NCBI GenBank assembly: GCA_965214605.1
Contig: OZ243961.1
Location: 3,872,001 to 3,936,000, forward strand
DNA length: 64,000 nucleotides
Direction: 5' to 3'
From: an uncultured Candidatus Binatia bacterium
GTDB taxonomy: Bacteria; Desulfobacterota; Binatia; Bin18
The translations under genes and the position numbers were made by a program. The notes beneath the pieces were generated by a model, which did no database searches, had not been told where the DNA came from, and was given only the letters and a program-made list of their open reading frames with translations. Positions within the stretch are counted from its first letter, which is position 1; every line of letters starts with the position of its first letter. This document shows positions 9,841 to 19,481 of this stretch, one piece after another.

Positions 9841-10382
9841 CCTGGACATACGTCGCCCACAGGCCGGCCCGGCTTATTTCCAGTGAAGCACTTTGAAAAG
9901 CAGTAGTCGCGGCTTCAAATTCCGTCATGGTTTCGTTTTCTCCTATCCCTCGTCTTTCGTCAAGATTGCCGGGCTATCGCCGGTCGAGGGGGTCGAGCCG
10001 GGCGAGTCCCAGCGGGTGTCCCTCGGGGTCTCTGCTCTGCGTGGCCCTCAGCGCGCCGCTGCTTTTTGCAAGCGGCCCAAGTCGCGGCTTTGCCGGCCCT
10101 GCTCAAAACGCCAGATTCGGCAGGGTCGAGCGAGCTTCTGCATCGGGCCTAGGCCGCGGCCCGCGGGCAATGCGGCCACCGCTAACAGTAGCAAGCAGCC
10201 GTCCCCGCTCCTTTTCAGACCCGGTTTCACCGCCCGCCCAAGAGCGGATTGTCCGGCTACGCCGCCCACCTAAAGGCGGTAGGAGACTTCGGGGGCGGGG
10301 CCGTTCGGATTGGGGACTTTTAAGGATGTCATACGATCGCCCCTTCTCCCCCGCTCTCGCGGGGGGCGGGTCATAAAGCCGG

Positions 10383-11283
10383 CTATTCCTCGGCCTGGCT
10401 GTCCAGGCCGAGCATATAATCGGCGGCCCGCTGGGCCTGGGAAGCGGCCTGCACCAGCCGCCGCGGGTCATGGCGCAACTTCTCCAGCCACCCGTGGATA
10501 TAGCCGGCGCTGGTGTCCGTCGTGCGGTTTTCAATCCCCGCTACCCCACACAGCACCGCCGCGCCCATCTCGGCGACCAGCTCCTCTTTGCTGTAGTGGG
10601 TATCCCCGAAGCGGAGCGCGTCAACCAGCGTCGCGCGATTCAGCCGCCCGGCGTGGCCGGTGGAATGGGTCAGCTCATGAAAAAGGGTCGAATAGTACCG
10701 CTCCGGGGCCTCGAAGCTGCCCGCCGCCGGCATCGTCACCTGGTCAACGCGCTGCCTGTAAAAAGCAGCATCCCCCCCGTGCGTGATAGCCGGTCGGCCT
10801 GGCATCTCCGCCACGATCTTTTCACACGCGGCGATTTTTTGGGCGGGGGGCCATGTCCGGCACACCCACCTGCGCTCGCTCTGCCCACGCCTCGGGCAAT
10901 GCGCATTGGGCGGCGTTGAACACGGTATACGCACGGGCCACGGCATAGCCGCCCCGCTCTTTGCGGCCCTCCTCGCCGTCCTGGCGGCCGTCCAGCTCGC
11001 CACCCTTGCGGGCGAGGAATTTCCAGAATATGACGGGGTGGCCTTTTGCCCCTTTTTTGACGTGGCCGCCTATCTGCGCGGCGTGCCGGTAGGTCAACCA
11101 GAACGGCGACCCCTCGTGCTGATGCGCCAGCAGCCAGACATTGACGCCCCGGTACGGCTTGCCGCTGATGAGATTGCGCGGCCGGCCCTGGGCGGCGGTC
11201 CACGGGCGATGCCACGGCACCACCCCCTCGCGGAGGGCGGATACGATGCGAGCGGTGATGCTCGCGTACACGTCCGGGCTCAT
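10383..11283 (-). pseudogene. ardC: ArdC-family antirestriction protein, copy 2, frameshift near 10845
   Basis: GVVPWHRPW..NLISGKPYRGVN; HELTHSTGH; EELVAEMGA. The shift lies near homopolymer runs and may be a sequencing error. Confidence 0.85.
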
Positions 11284-12000
11284 TTGGGCCTCCTGCTCTC
11301 CTTCACAACACAGATGCTTGTTTTCGGTTCTCACCACTGCCCGGACCGAAAACAATCGGAGAGCAGCCCGTAGGGCGCACGAAACCGAGTCCGCCGCCGG
11401 CCGGCGCATCCGTGCCAGGTTCGCGGAGCGGGGCCGGCGTGCGATGCGGCCGGCCGGCGCGCCATACTGGAGCCGAGGCCATCAGCTAGGTGTGCTAGGT
11501 TCGCGGAGCGGGGCTGGCGCCGCTTGGCGGCCGGGAGGCGGCGCGCTGTCTTGGGCGTGGCAAGGGGCGACCAGAGCCTGCTGTGGTCGCCCCTTGCTCG
11601 GTCTTCGGGGGGGGGTGCTCGGTGTGGCCCTCTACACGGAGCGGCGGGCAGCGCGGGCGGGCGGGCCGCGGACCTGGGCACCAGCGCGCCCGCCCGCGCG
11701 GCAGGTCCTGGGGGGGGGCCCCGGCGCTTCTCCTGGCTTGGGCGGGCTCTGTGGGTTCGTCCCACTGAGCTGGGGGCGCTGGCCCGCGTGGTCGGTGATG
11801 CGGACCTGGGCACGCCGGCGACGTGGGCCAGCGCAATCCTGGGAGGGAGGGAAAGAGTGACCGCCTTGAACGCGCCCTCAAGGGAGGTGTGGAGGGGAAA
11901 AGAATCGCCCTGGGCGACCTTGCGAAGCGCCCCGCTCGGTTGCGCGCGGGGCCATCAGGACACGGCTGTACCAGGCCTGACCCCGCCCGGCTGGGGGACA
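11284..12000. other. Conserved structured non-coding region upstream of ardC (copy 2)
   Basis: Colinear with 3068-3575, with internal insertions. Confidence 0.6.
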
Positions 12001-12004
12001 GGGC

Positions 12005-12238
12005 CTAGGCGGTGCGCCGTAACAGCTCGGCGAACACTTCCCCCTGGCGTTCGAGCGCCTTGCCCAGCACGTCAATTTCCTTGTTGCGACGTTCGCCCGC
12101 GGCCTGCATCTGGAAGAGCCCCCAGACAATGCAGCCCAAGCCTACGCCGCTGACGAGAAGCTGGGCGATCTCTACCCCGCGCGGCCCCTGCAGCGCGGCG
12201 GCCGCCGCCCGCGCCAACGGTAAAAATTCAGTTTCCAT
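12005..12238 (-). CDS. Small TM + coiled-coil paralog
   Basis: SD AGGAGG; VGLGCIVWGLFQM..ALERQGEVFAELLRRTA. Confidence 0.7.
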   Translation of the reverse strand: METEFLPLARAAAAALQGPRGVEIAQLLVSGVGLGCIVWGLFQMQAAGERRNKEIDVLGKALERQGEVFAELLRRTA

Positions 12239-12413
12239 ACCGTCCTCCTGCCGGACACACAAAGGCAGGAAGCATCTGCCCTAAAGAATAGCGCCCAAAG
12301 GGCGAACCTTACAGGCCGGTTTTCCGGCCGCGCCTAAAGTGTGCTTTTGGAGATGGAGGAAGCGGGGGACACGTAATTCTCATCCTAGCTATGTTGTTAG
12401 GAACCGAGAATCA

Positions 12414-12734
12414 ATGGTACTGAAGCCAGTGTTTGTTGAGACAATCCCGCACTTACCCGAAATGGAAGAGGGTACACTTTACGTCAGCATGAGGTTCGCC
12501 ACCCTTTCCCATTTATGTCCATGCGGGTGTGGTCGTTTGGTCGACGTGACGCTGGACCCTGCGACTCGTAGTCTGACCTACGATGGTGAGTATCTAACCC
12601 TAAAACCTTCGATCGGGGTCAAGTTCCCATGCAGAAGCCATTACTCGATTATTCGGAATGCGATCATGTGGTACCCGCCGATCTCGAAATCGGAAGGCAG
12701 GTGGTACAACCGTGTTTGGGAGAGATGGAGCTAG
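12414..12734 (+). CDS. DUF6527-family protein
   Basis: EGTLYVSM..HLCPCGCG..LTLKPSIG..CRSHYSI..W motif set. Confidence 0.8.
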   Translation: MVLKPVFVETIPHLPEMEEGTLYVSMRFATLSHLCPCGCGRLVDVTLDPATRSLTYDGEYLTLKPSIGVKFPCRSHYSIIRNAIMWYPPISKSEGRWYNRVWERWS

Positions 12735-12768
12735 ACAAAGACATCGGTCAAGAAACGAAGCGCGAGAT

Positions 12769-12878
12769 CGCGGCGTAGCTCAGACGGATAGAGCACCTCG
12801 TTTTCGACATGCAATGTGAGGGATGACAACCCGCATTGTATGGGCGGGGAGGTCGCAGGTTCAAGTCCTGCCGCCGCG
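12769..12878 (+). ncRNA. tRNA-like RNA with hairpin-extended anticodon loop (copy 2)
   Basis: Acceptor, D and T arms identical to copy 1; stem CCTCG/CGGGG; 37-nt extension forms CATGCAATGTG/CGCATTGTATG. Confidence 0.8.
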
Positions 12879-13026
12879 TCCCCACCGAAAGTGCAAACAT
12901 TTCTTCGTAACGGTGATACCGCGTTGTTCTTCTGCCATGGGACTCCTCCTTGGGGGGTGGGGGGCGGATACATCAGGAAACCGCTGTGCCGGGCGTGACC
13001 CCGCCCGGCTGGGGGACGGGGAGGGG

Positions 13027-13302
13027 CTAGGCGCTACGCCGTAACAGCTCGGCTAAGACTTCGCCTTGCTGGGTGAACGCTTTGGTCATGGCTTCGCCTT
13101 GCTGGGTGAGGGCCTTGGTCATGGCTTCGCCCTGGCGTTCGAGCGCTTGCCCCTGCTGCTGGAGGCCCTTCCCCAGCTCATCAATTTCCCGGTCGCGGCG
13201 TTTACCGGCCGCCTGCATCTGGAACAACCCCCAGACAATACACCCTAAGCCTACCACGCTACTGAGCGTCTGCACCCACATCGCCACGATTTCGTGGTCC
13301 AT
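13027..13302 (-). CDS. Small TM + coiled-coil paralog with 11-aa tandem expansion
   Basis: SD GGAGG; GEAMTKALTQQ-GEAMTKAFTQQ-GEVLAELLRRSA. Confidence 0.7.
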   Translation of the reverse strand: MDHEIVAMWVQTLSSVVGLGCIVWGLFQMQAAGKRRDREIDELGKGLQQQGQALERQGEAMTKALTQQGEAMTKAFTQQGEVLAELLRRSA

Positions 13303-13485
13303 ACCGTCCTCCTTCCGGACAACATGTGCGCACCCGGAAAGCAAAAAAAGAGGCGCCGCAGTCACGGGCGGCGGAGCCGTGCATTTTCCCCTTGACTGTG
13401 GCGTCTTTTTGCTACGCTGGAAAGAGCCAGGCAGCAAGGCAGAAAAAAGAGCGGGGGGGCGTAGCGGAGCCCTGGGCCGCAGGCC

Positions 13486-14473
13486 CTAGATATGAATCCG
13501 CTCGATCTCATCCAGCGAGACCTCCTCCGGCAAGCGGTTGTAGAGTTGCGTCGTGCGGGTCAAGGCATGGCCCGCGATACGTGCCGCCGTCTCCAGCGTG
13601 CCCCCCGCCCGGAGATATTCGGTAATACCGGTGCCCCGGAAGCTGTGCGCGCAGACCTCAGCCGGCAACCCGGCACTCTTCGCACGCCGCTTAATCATCT
13701 TCAAGGCGTCGGTCCGGTCCATCGGCCGGCTGCTGAGGCGGTCAATACCCCGCTGTGTGCCAGCAGAGGGAAACAAGGGGCCTTTCGGGTCGGCCGCCAG
13801 GCCTGCGCGGTCTATGTAGTCATCCGTCCAGGCCTGCGCCCTATGGTGCGCGGGAAGGACCGGATACTTGCCGCCCTTCTCATGCAGCCGGAAGTAGGAC
13901 CGCTTGCCCTGGGTATAATAGTCGGCCACCCGCATCGCCAGCGCCGCGCTCACCCGCGCAAAGCCGTACACCATCAGGCCCAGCAACGCCCGATCCCGCA
14001 GCCCGATCAGCGTGGACGGGTCGATACGGTCAAGCAGGCCCCGCGCTTCTTCCGCCGTCAACACGGGGGTCTTGCCCGTTTTGATGATCTGTTTCGGACC
14101 ACGGACCGCCCCGGCCGGATTACTGCGCAGGACCTGGCCCACGACGAGCCAGGCAAAGAGCTGGCGCAAGGCGGCCAGATTTTGCTTCACCGTGGACGGC
14201 GCATACAGCCGCCCGAGCTGCTCGATGTAGCGGGCGACATGCAAGGGCTCGACCTGGGCCAAGGTGAGGGCTTGCGCCTCGCACCAGTCCGCGAAGCGGT
14301 AGGCCGCCGTGACGTAGGCCAGCCGGGTATTGGCATTGCGGATGTTCGCCCCAAAGAACTCCCAAAACCGCCGCTGGCCCTGGCGTGTCTCGGCAAAGAG
14401 CGCCGGGGCGCCCCCCCCCGCAATCCGGGCCGAAATCGGCGGGCGGCCCGCTTTCCACGATGTGCATCGTCAT
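13486..14473 (-). CDS. Tyrosine recombinase copy 2 (5' frameshift near the C-run at about 14415)
   Basis: R-K-H-R-H-Y catalytic motifs all in one frame (13486-14262); N-terminus in another frame. Confidence 0.85.
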
Positions 14474-14488
14474 CCCTCCCTGCTATAT

Positions 14489-14516
14489 GTTCCTCATAAC
14501 AGTGTTTATGAACCCC
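14489..14516. promoter_or_regulatory. dif/res-like recombination site upstream of the recombinase
   Basis: GTTCCTCATAA-CAGTGT-TTATGAACCCC: 11-6-11 layout with CATAA/TTATG inner arms. Confidence 0.45.
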
Positions 14517-14557
14517 TCACAGCCCCCCCAAAGGGACAGCACACCACGGCTGCGTTG

Positions 14558-14589
14558 GTTTCAATCCACGCGCCCGTGAAGGGCGCGAT
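14558..14589 (-). CRISPR. Solitary type I-C-like CRISPR repeat
   Basis: Minus strand ATCGCGCCCTTCACGGGCGCGTGGATTGAAAC (32 nt); no second repeat nearby. Confidence 0.75.
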
Positions 14590-14792
14590 TCGGCCAGCTC
14601 CTGGAGGCCTGCCCGTCCAGGAGGAACAATAGGCAGGACTCTTTTCCGCTCTGGCCGCTCGGGCCGGAAGGTGGACGGGCGACACCGGGGGAGGGTCGGC
14701 CAGGCTCGAGTGTCCCATGCTCACCGGCTTCGATGCTCTGTTCCCCTCAAGACTTTAGATTGTTCAGTCCGGGGGGGGGCCGAGCGGGGCGG

Positions 14793-15085
14793 CTACGCGG
14801 AGTGCCGCAACAGCTCGGCTAAGACTTGGCCCTGCCGCTCAAGCGCTTGGCCTTGCTGTGTGAACGCCTGGGTCATGGCCTCGCCCTGGCGGCGGAACGC
14901 CGCGGCCAGCTCATCAATTTCGCGATCCCGCCGCTGGCCGGATTCCTTCATGCACGCCAACCCGATCAGGATCGCCGCAAGCCCCGTGCCGCTGATGCCA
15001 AGCTGGACCACCTCGACCCAGTTCGTGCCCCCTGCGGCCACGGCCTGCAACTGTAAGGCGGTGACCGCCTCCCGTGCCAAGGGAC
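14793..15085 (-). pseudogene. Small TM + coiled-coil paralog, 5' end lost next to the IS630 remnant
   Basis: WVEVVQLGISGTGLAAILIGL..ALERQGQVLAELLRHSA. Confidence 0.55.
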
Positions 15086-15329
15086 CCGCTGAGCGCGCAG
15101 CAGATTGGGCAGGCCGGGGCGACCCTCCGGTTTCTCCCCCCATACAGTCCTGACCTCAATCCGATTGAGCTAGTCTTTGCCAAGCTCAAAGCGCTGGCGC
15201 GCGGCGGCGCCCACCGGGCCCGTGAGGACCTCTGGACATACCTTGGCTCCGTTGTATCGTGCTTCTCCCTAGGAGAATGTCAGCAGTACTTCCACCATTG
15301 TGGCTACACTGCATCGTGAAATGCTCTAG
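15086..15329 (+). mobile_element. IS630-family transposase 3' remnant with terminus
   Basis: FLPPYSPDLNPIELVFAKLK..ECQQYFHHCGY; ends AAATGCTCTAG. Confidence 0.8.
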
Positions 15330-15381
15330 CGGGCCAAAGCCCCCCGGCGGTTTCGATGGATCTGTTGGCCTATGTGCGGTA

Positions 15382-15735
15382 TCAGTCCTGCGCCCAGTGC
15401 CACCGGACGCGACCGCGCCTGAACCAGAAATGCGATCCGCAACCTTTCTTGCGCCAAACTGAGGGATAAAGTGTCGCCGTCCCGTCGTCATGCCGTATTA
15501 GGCACCAGCAGGGAAGCTCATCAGGGAGCAGATTCATATGAAGCACTCGCCAGCAGCCGCACGGGCATAGCATCGCAGCCTGCTCATTGAAGCCGTCCTC
15601 TTGCACGATGTAGAGAGTACGTCGCCTGAGCTGGTCTGGTAGTGCTTCCTTGACGAGGACAGTCTGGTAGGTGGGGACGAACCAGTAGAAGAGCCGCTCT
15701 CAGACACGTCTAATGAGTCGGCGCAACCAGATCAC
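15382..15735 (-). pseudogene. DUF6527-family protein with premature stop
   Basis: VIWLRRLIRRV*ERLF..AAMLCPCGC..TLYPSVWRKKGCGSHFWFRRGRVRW; start overlaps the E1 stop. Confidence 0.75.
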
Positions 15736-17144
15736 ACTGACTGCCTTTCCGCCAGTGCTAGGAGCCCGAGAGGTGGGGTGCTATCGCCCTTGCCGACATT
15801 GTCGGCTAAAATCTCGCAGAGCCCGTCTTCGGCATCATATATTAGCTCCATGCTCGTGAGGCTGAAGGTAACAGAGGCGTAGTTGTGATTCGGTCCTTCA
15901 CGGAACGGATGAAGTCGCGCTAGGAACTCGTTGACTGCGAGTGAGGCTGCGAACATGTTGACACTAATGACCGCGGGACGGTGTGCGGCCACTCCGGAAA
16001 TATAGCCGTCCTTCCTCTACTGTTCGTGTGCGGTCGGATCGTTGCGTCGCAGGCCCGCGGCAGCCACATCGCTCATAGTGAACAGGCCCCGACTCATCAG
16101 GCTTGATCGCCCAGGCTGCAGGTAGTGAATCGTGCCGCAAATTTCGTGAATATCCGCTTTATCAGTACCTCGCGGCATAGGTTTAAGCCGAACCCCGAGG
16201 TCGAAATACGGCAAGGTGTAATGCGTGGCGAGAACATTCAGCAGATAGCGGCCGTCGATGGTATCCATGCAACCGAATATGACGTCGCACTGCGCCACGG
16301 CACGCACAACTTCCGGATCCCAGAGATTCCGATTCATGCGGATGACCCGCGTCCCTAGACCCATACGTTCAATGGCGTCGGCCAGTACATCGACCTTGGC
16401 ACGGTTTTGCGCTATGTCTTTCAGTGTTGAGTTCAGAATGCGATTGACGTTGCGGTCTTCCATATGATCCTCATCGACGATTACGATCTCCCCGACGCCA
16501 AGCCGTACAAGTTGCTCGATAACAGGGCTCCCCGTACCCGAAGCGCCAATTACGGCAATCGATAAGCGCCGCAAGCGCTGAATAGTACCTTCATCGAATA
16601 TCTGGGCGTGTGAGGCTACGAAACTCGGTATGGCCACATCACCAGCAGCGCGTACCAGAAATGCAGATCATCGCCTGCGACGCTGATACACTCGACTGGT
16701 TCGAGAACGTTGCCGGAGCGAAGCACGCGCCCAAACATCTGCCCGTCGGGCAGTATAATGGCACTCCCGTGCAGGATATCGGCTTCGATACAGTCACGGA
16801 TCATCGGTATCAGCCGGGCATCGCCCTCATCGTCTGTTGCTGAAAAAGCGGGATAACCGGTCGGATGGCTATGTATCTTGATAATCGAAAAGCCTTCCTC
16901 GGTTGAACGGTCCGGTACGGACGCGATGCAGTCGGGCGACCATGTCACGAGCGTCGGGGTTCTTCTTGAGCATTGATTATAGGGGATGCAGTGGATGTCG
17001 CGAACGGTCAGACGATGACGACGCTCACCAGCGCGGCTGGCGCAGAGGAGCAGGGCAACAGCCTCTTTACCATCACCAGGGAAAAAAACTTGTCAGACGT
17101 TCATACTGATCACCTGATAATGCAAGGGTTACCGGCGCGGTCAT
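15732..17144 (-). pseudogene. JAB deubiquitinase-like + ThiF/E1 fusion, disrupted
   Basis: PGDGKEAVALLLC; IHSHP..FSATDD (JAB); GASGTGS, NVNRI, GCMD (E1). Two frameshifts and a TAG at 16017. Confidence 0.8.
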
Positions 17145-17510
17145 TTCTCGAACTCTCGTTCTAACCAGTCCTCAATCAACATGATATGCGTTCCCAGGTG
17201 GTCCTGGCCGATTTTCCACGAATTCTGCGGCGTGCGATGACGAGACCAACGCTGGTAGCTCTTCCCATCGATTTTCTGTGCTGCGTTAGTTGCACCTATT
17301 GGTTTGCCGTCTTTCCGTGCCAGAGCCGGGAAGAAGTAGACCATGTTCAGCTCCGTATTGGGGTAGCCGGTTTCCATGCGGATTGCCGCTGTAACAAGCG
17401 GATGGTTGTATCCTTCGTGTGTCTGGAACTCGTGAATCAGCACCCACTGAGAGCCATCGATAATGGTCTCCCAGTGGGTGCCATATTCGTCGAGAAACTC
17501 ACGGTCCTGT
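17141..17510 (-). pseudogene. Prokaryotic E2 family E (ubiquitin-conjugating-like), 5' truncated
   Basis: DREFLDEYG..WETI..EGYN..GYPNTELNMVYFFPALARKDGKPI..YQRWSRHRT; stop overlaps the JAB-E1 ATG. Confidence 0.75.
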
Positions 17511-17981
17511 GAGGGAGATATCTTCTCACGACAGGCCGCAGATTCCGCTTTGGATATCAAGACTCCGCTCAAGCTCGCGAAAAAGTTCGGTGCCTCGCTC
17601 TATGCGTCGATACGCGAATTCGTCCGGACCAACCACAGGGCATGTGCTGTCTATGTCCTGGAGCCACTCAAATTTGTCGAAGGAGCGGGCGCACAGGCAG
17701 TGGTTCGGCGTATTGAAACTTCATCCGCGTTCATCACGCAGTTCGGGCAGCCTGCCGATACTGTGGTCACACCCGCCCATTCTCTGTGGCCGGTGATACC
17801 GATCAAACGCAAGATGGTCCGGCCCGTTTCGCTCTCTATTACCGACAAAAACGGTGAAGCCCACGAATGTGTCGCCGAGGCGTTCGACACCACCTATAAT
17901 GTCCTCATTTTACTCTATCCTGAAAAAGCACTCACGTCCAAGACGATTACACTCTCGCCGAGGTCAAGAGCCGGTTACTGA
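17510..17981 (+). pseudogene. C-terminal part of an ImmA/IrrE (CapP-like) metallopeptidase
   Basis: PLKLAKKFGASLYASIREFV HTH followed by a GAF-like tail; the HExxH region is missing. Confidence 0.55.
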
Positions 17982-17988
17982 CGGCCGA

Positions 17989-19122
17989 TTATCCAGTTAG
18001 ACGGGGGTTACCGATATCTCGTTCCCACGTGGCGTATTCGCGGGGCTGTTGCCAGAAGGATTGCCACGCCTCGTTGAGGGTACCACCGACGGACAATTCT
18101 GGGGCCGATCCATCAAAGACAGTGCAGCCGATAGCGGTAGCTCCTTGTGTGGCATGTCCCGCAATGGCGTCAAGGACATGCGAGGGATAACGCCGGTCGT
18201 ACTCAGGAATGGCCTGGACACCAAGATGGTGGAGCACTGTCGCCCACTTATCACGGATGGTGGCTGCCACCGACCCGTGTCCAATGTGCTCCAGTACCCG
18301 CAGCATAACTCCCATTCGAGCTGCATCCGCCGGATGGGTAGACGCCATATAGCGGGGCACGAGGTACGGGTCCTCGGTAAATCCAGCGCAGAGATGTAGA
18401 TGTGACCAGGCGAACGCTGGCCCAAGTGTATAGGTTGCGAACACGTCACAGAAGAACTCCGTCAACCAACTCTCCCATGAGCCGCTCCAAGCCGTGAGAT
18501 AACGTTGGTAGCTCTGCGGCCTACTCCCACGGTTCTCTTTATCCAATTCCGCGCTGACATACTGAAGGACGTGAGAGAGAGCAATGTGAAAAGCGCGTTG
18601 CCACGCCTCTACCCGTGGGTCATGGCGCGCGTCGAACAGTAAGTGAGCCAATTCATGATAGAGGTCCGGAAAATGCAGCAGAAAGCGCCCTTCTGCAAGG
18701 GGAATGACAATCAGGTTCCACGGAGTGTACGTGTGATAATAAGCGCCCCGAGGCGATGTGCAGGAAACGACTGGAACCGGGAGTGGAAAGTTGATCTCTT
18801 GGCAAATCTTTCCGGCTAATCGATTTGCCTGGGTATCAATGTCGCTCCACCGATGAAGTGCGGCGACGACGACGGACTCCTGAATTTCGAGATCTTCAAC
18901 TGCGCGACGATAGCGACGCAGTCTCAAGGCCTGGGTCTCTCCTGTCGCAAACCCTGTATGCTCGACAAGAAATTCGAGACGGACCTGGAGATCAGTCAGC
19001 TCCTCTTGGCACTTCATGATGAGAATATCAAGGTCGCGCCCTTGATCTCTGGGAACCATGTCGAGGAGATGGTTCGCTCGGGCCTGGAGATGTGATATGG
19101 CGCCGTCCAAATATTCCTTCAT
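17989..19122 (-). CDS. HExxH zinc-metallopeptidase-like protein, Argonaute-operon associated
   Basis: LYHELAHLL, WLTEFFCDVFA..LGPAF, THP..AARM; helical N-terminus; start overlaps the upstream stop. Confidence 0.75.
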   Translation of the reverse strand: MKEYLDGAISHLQARANHLLDMVPRDQGRDLDILIMKCQEELTDLQVRLEFLVEHTGFATGETQALRLRRYRRAVEDLEIQESVVVAALHRWSDIDTQANRLAGKICQEINFPLPVPVVSCTSPRGAYYHTYTPWNLIVIPLAEGRFLLHFPDLYHELAHLLFDARHDPRVEAWQRAFHIALSHVLQYVSAELDKENRGSRPQSYQRYLTAWSGSWESWLTEFFCDVFATYTLGPAFAWSHLHLCAGFTEDPYLVPRYMASTHPADAARMGVMLRVLEHIGHGSVAATIRDKWATVLHHLGVQAIPEYDRRYPSHVLDAIAGHATQGATAIGCTVFDGSAPELSVGGTLNEAWQSFWQQPREYATWERDIGNPRLTG

Positions 19123-19481
19123 CGAAGAGCCGCGCTTCTCATCTTCAGAGCCATATCCGACAAGTCTCTGTCCAAGTCTCGGGCTAAGGACTCTAGTTCG
19201 GCCTTCACATCTTCACTGTCTTTTGCATCGCGAAGTTTACAGGCTATCCTTCGCCACGCGCCCTCATCTACACTACGCCTGAGAAGGCCTCTGACCTGGA
19301 TGTCAGCAAGGTCGGGATCGGCATTATCCGCGAGCCGATCTAGCTCGTCGGCGAGCTTCTGGATGTCTTCCTGGTAGTTTCCTTCACCTTCCGTCAAGAG
19401 TCCCAGCAGGACGTTGTCAAGAAGATCACTAAACTCTCGCACATGTGCATATCGACTCGCATAGATTCCTGTATCGCTCAT
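19119..19481 (-). CDS. Small acidic all-helical protein, Argonaute-operon associated
   Basis: SD GAGGAGG; ATGA overlaps on both sides; no family recognised. Confidence 0.75.
   Translation of the reverse strand: MSDTGIYASRYAHVREFSDLLDNVLLGLLTEGEGNYQEDIQKLADELDRLADNADPDLADIQVRGLLRRSVDEGAWRRIACKLRDAKDSEDVKAELESLARDLDRDLSDMALKMRSAALR

Noticed and set aside
12769-12878. Y RNA (YrlA) or tmRNA identity
   Set aside because: No Ro60/TROVE gene in the window, no GNCGAA Ro-binding motif on the sense strand, arms in standard tRNA order, and far too short for tmRNA. A covariance-model search is still needed to exclude this formally.
13058-13135. 33-bp tandem repeat as a possible mini-CRISPR
   Set aside because: It is an in-frame 11-aa coiled-coil expansion with no spacers.
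2219-14499. Long plus-strand ORFs such as 2219-3241, 4120-5145 and 13492-14499
   Set aside because: Antisense shadows of ardC and the recombinases in GC-rich DNA.
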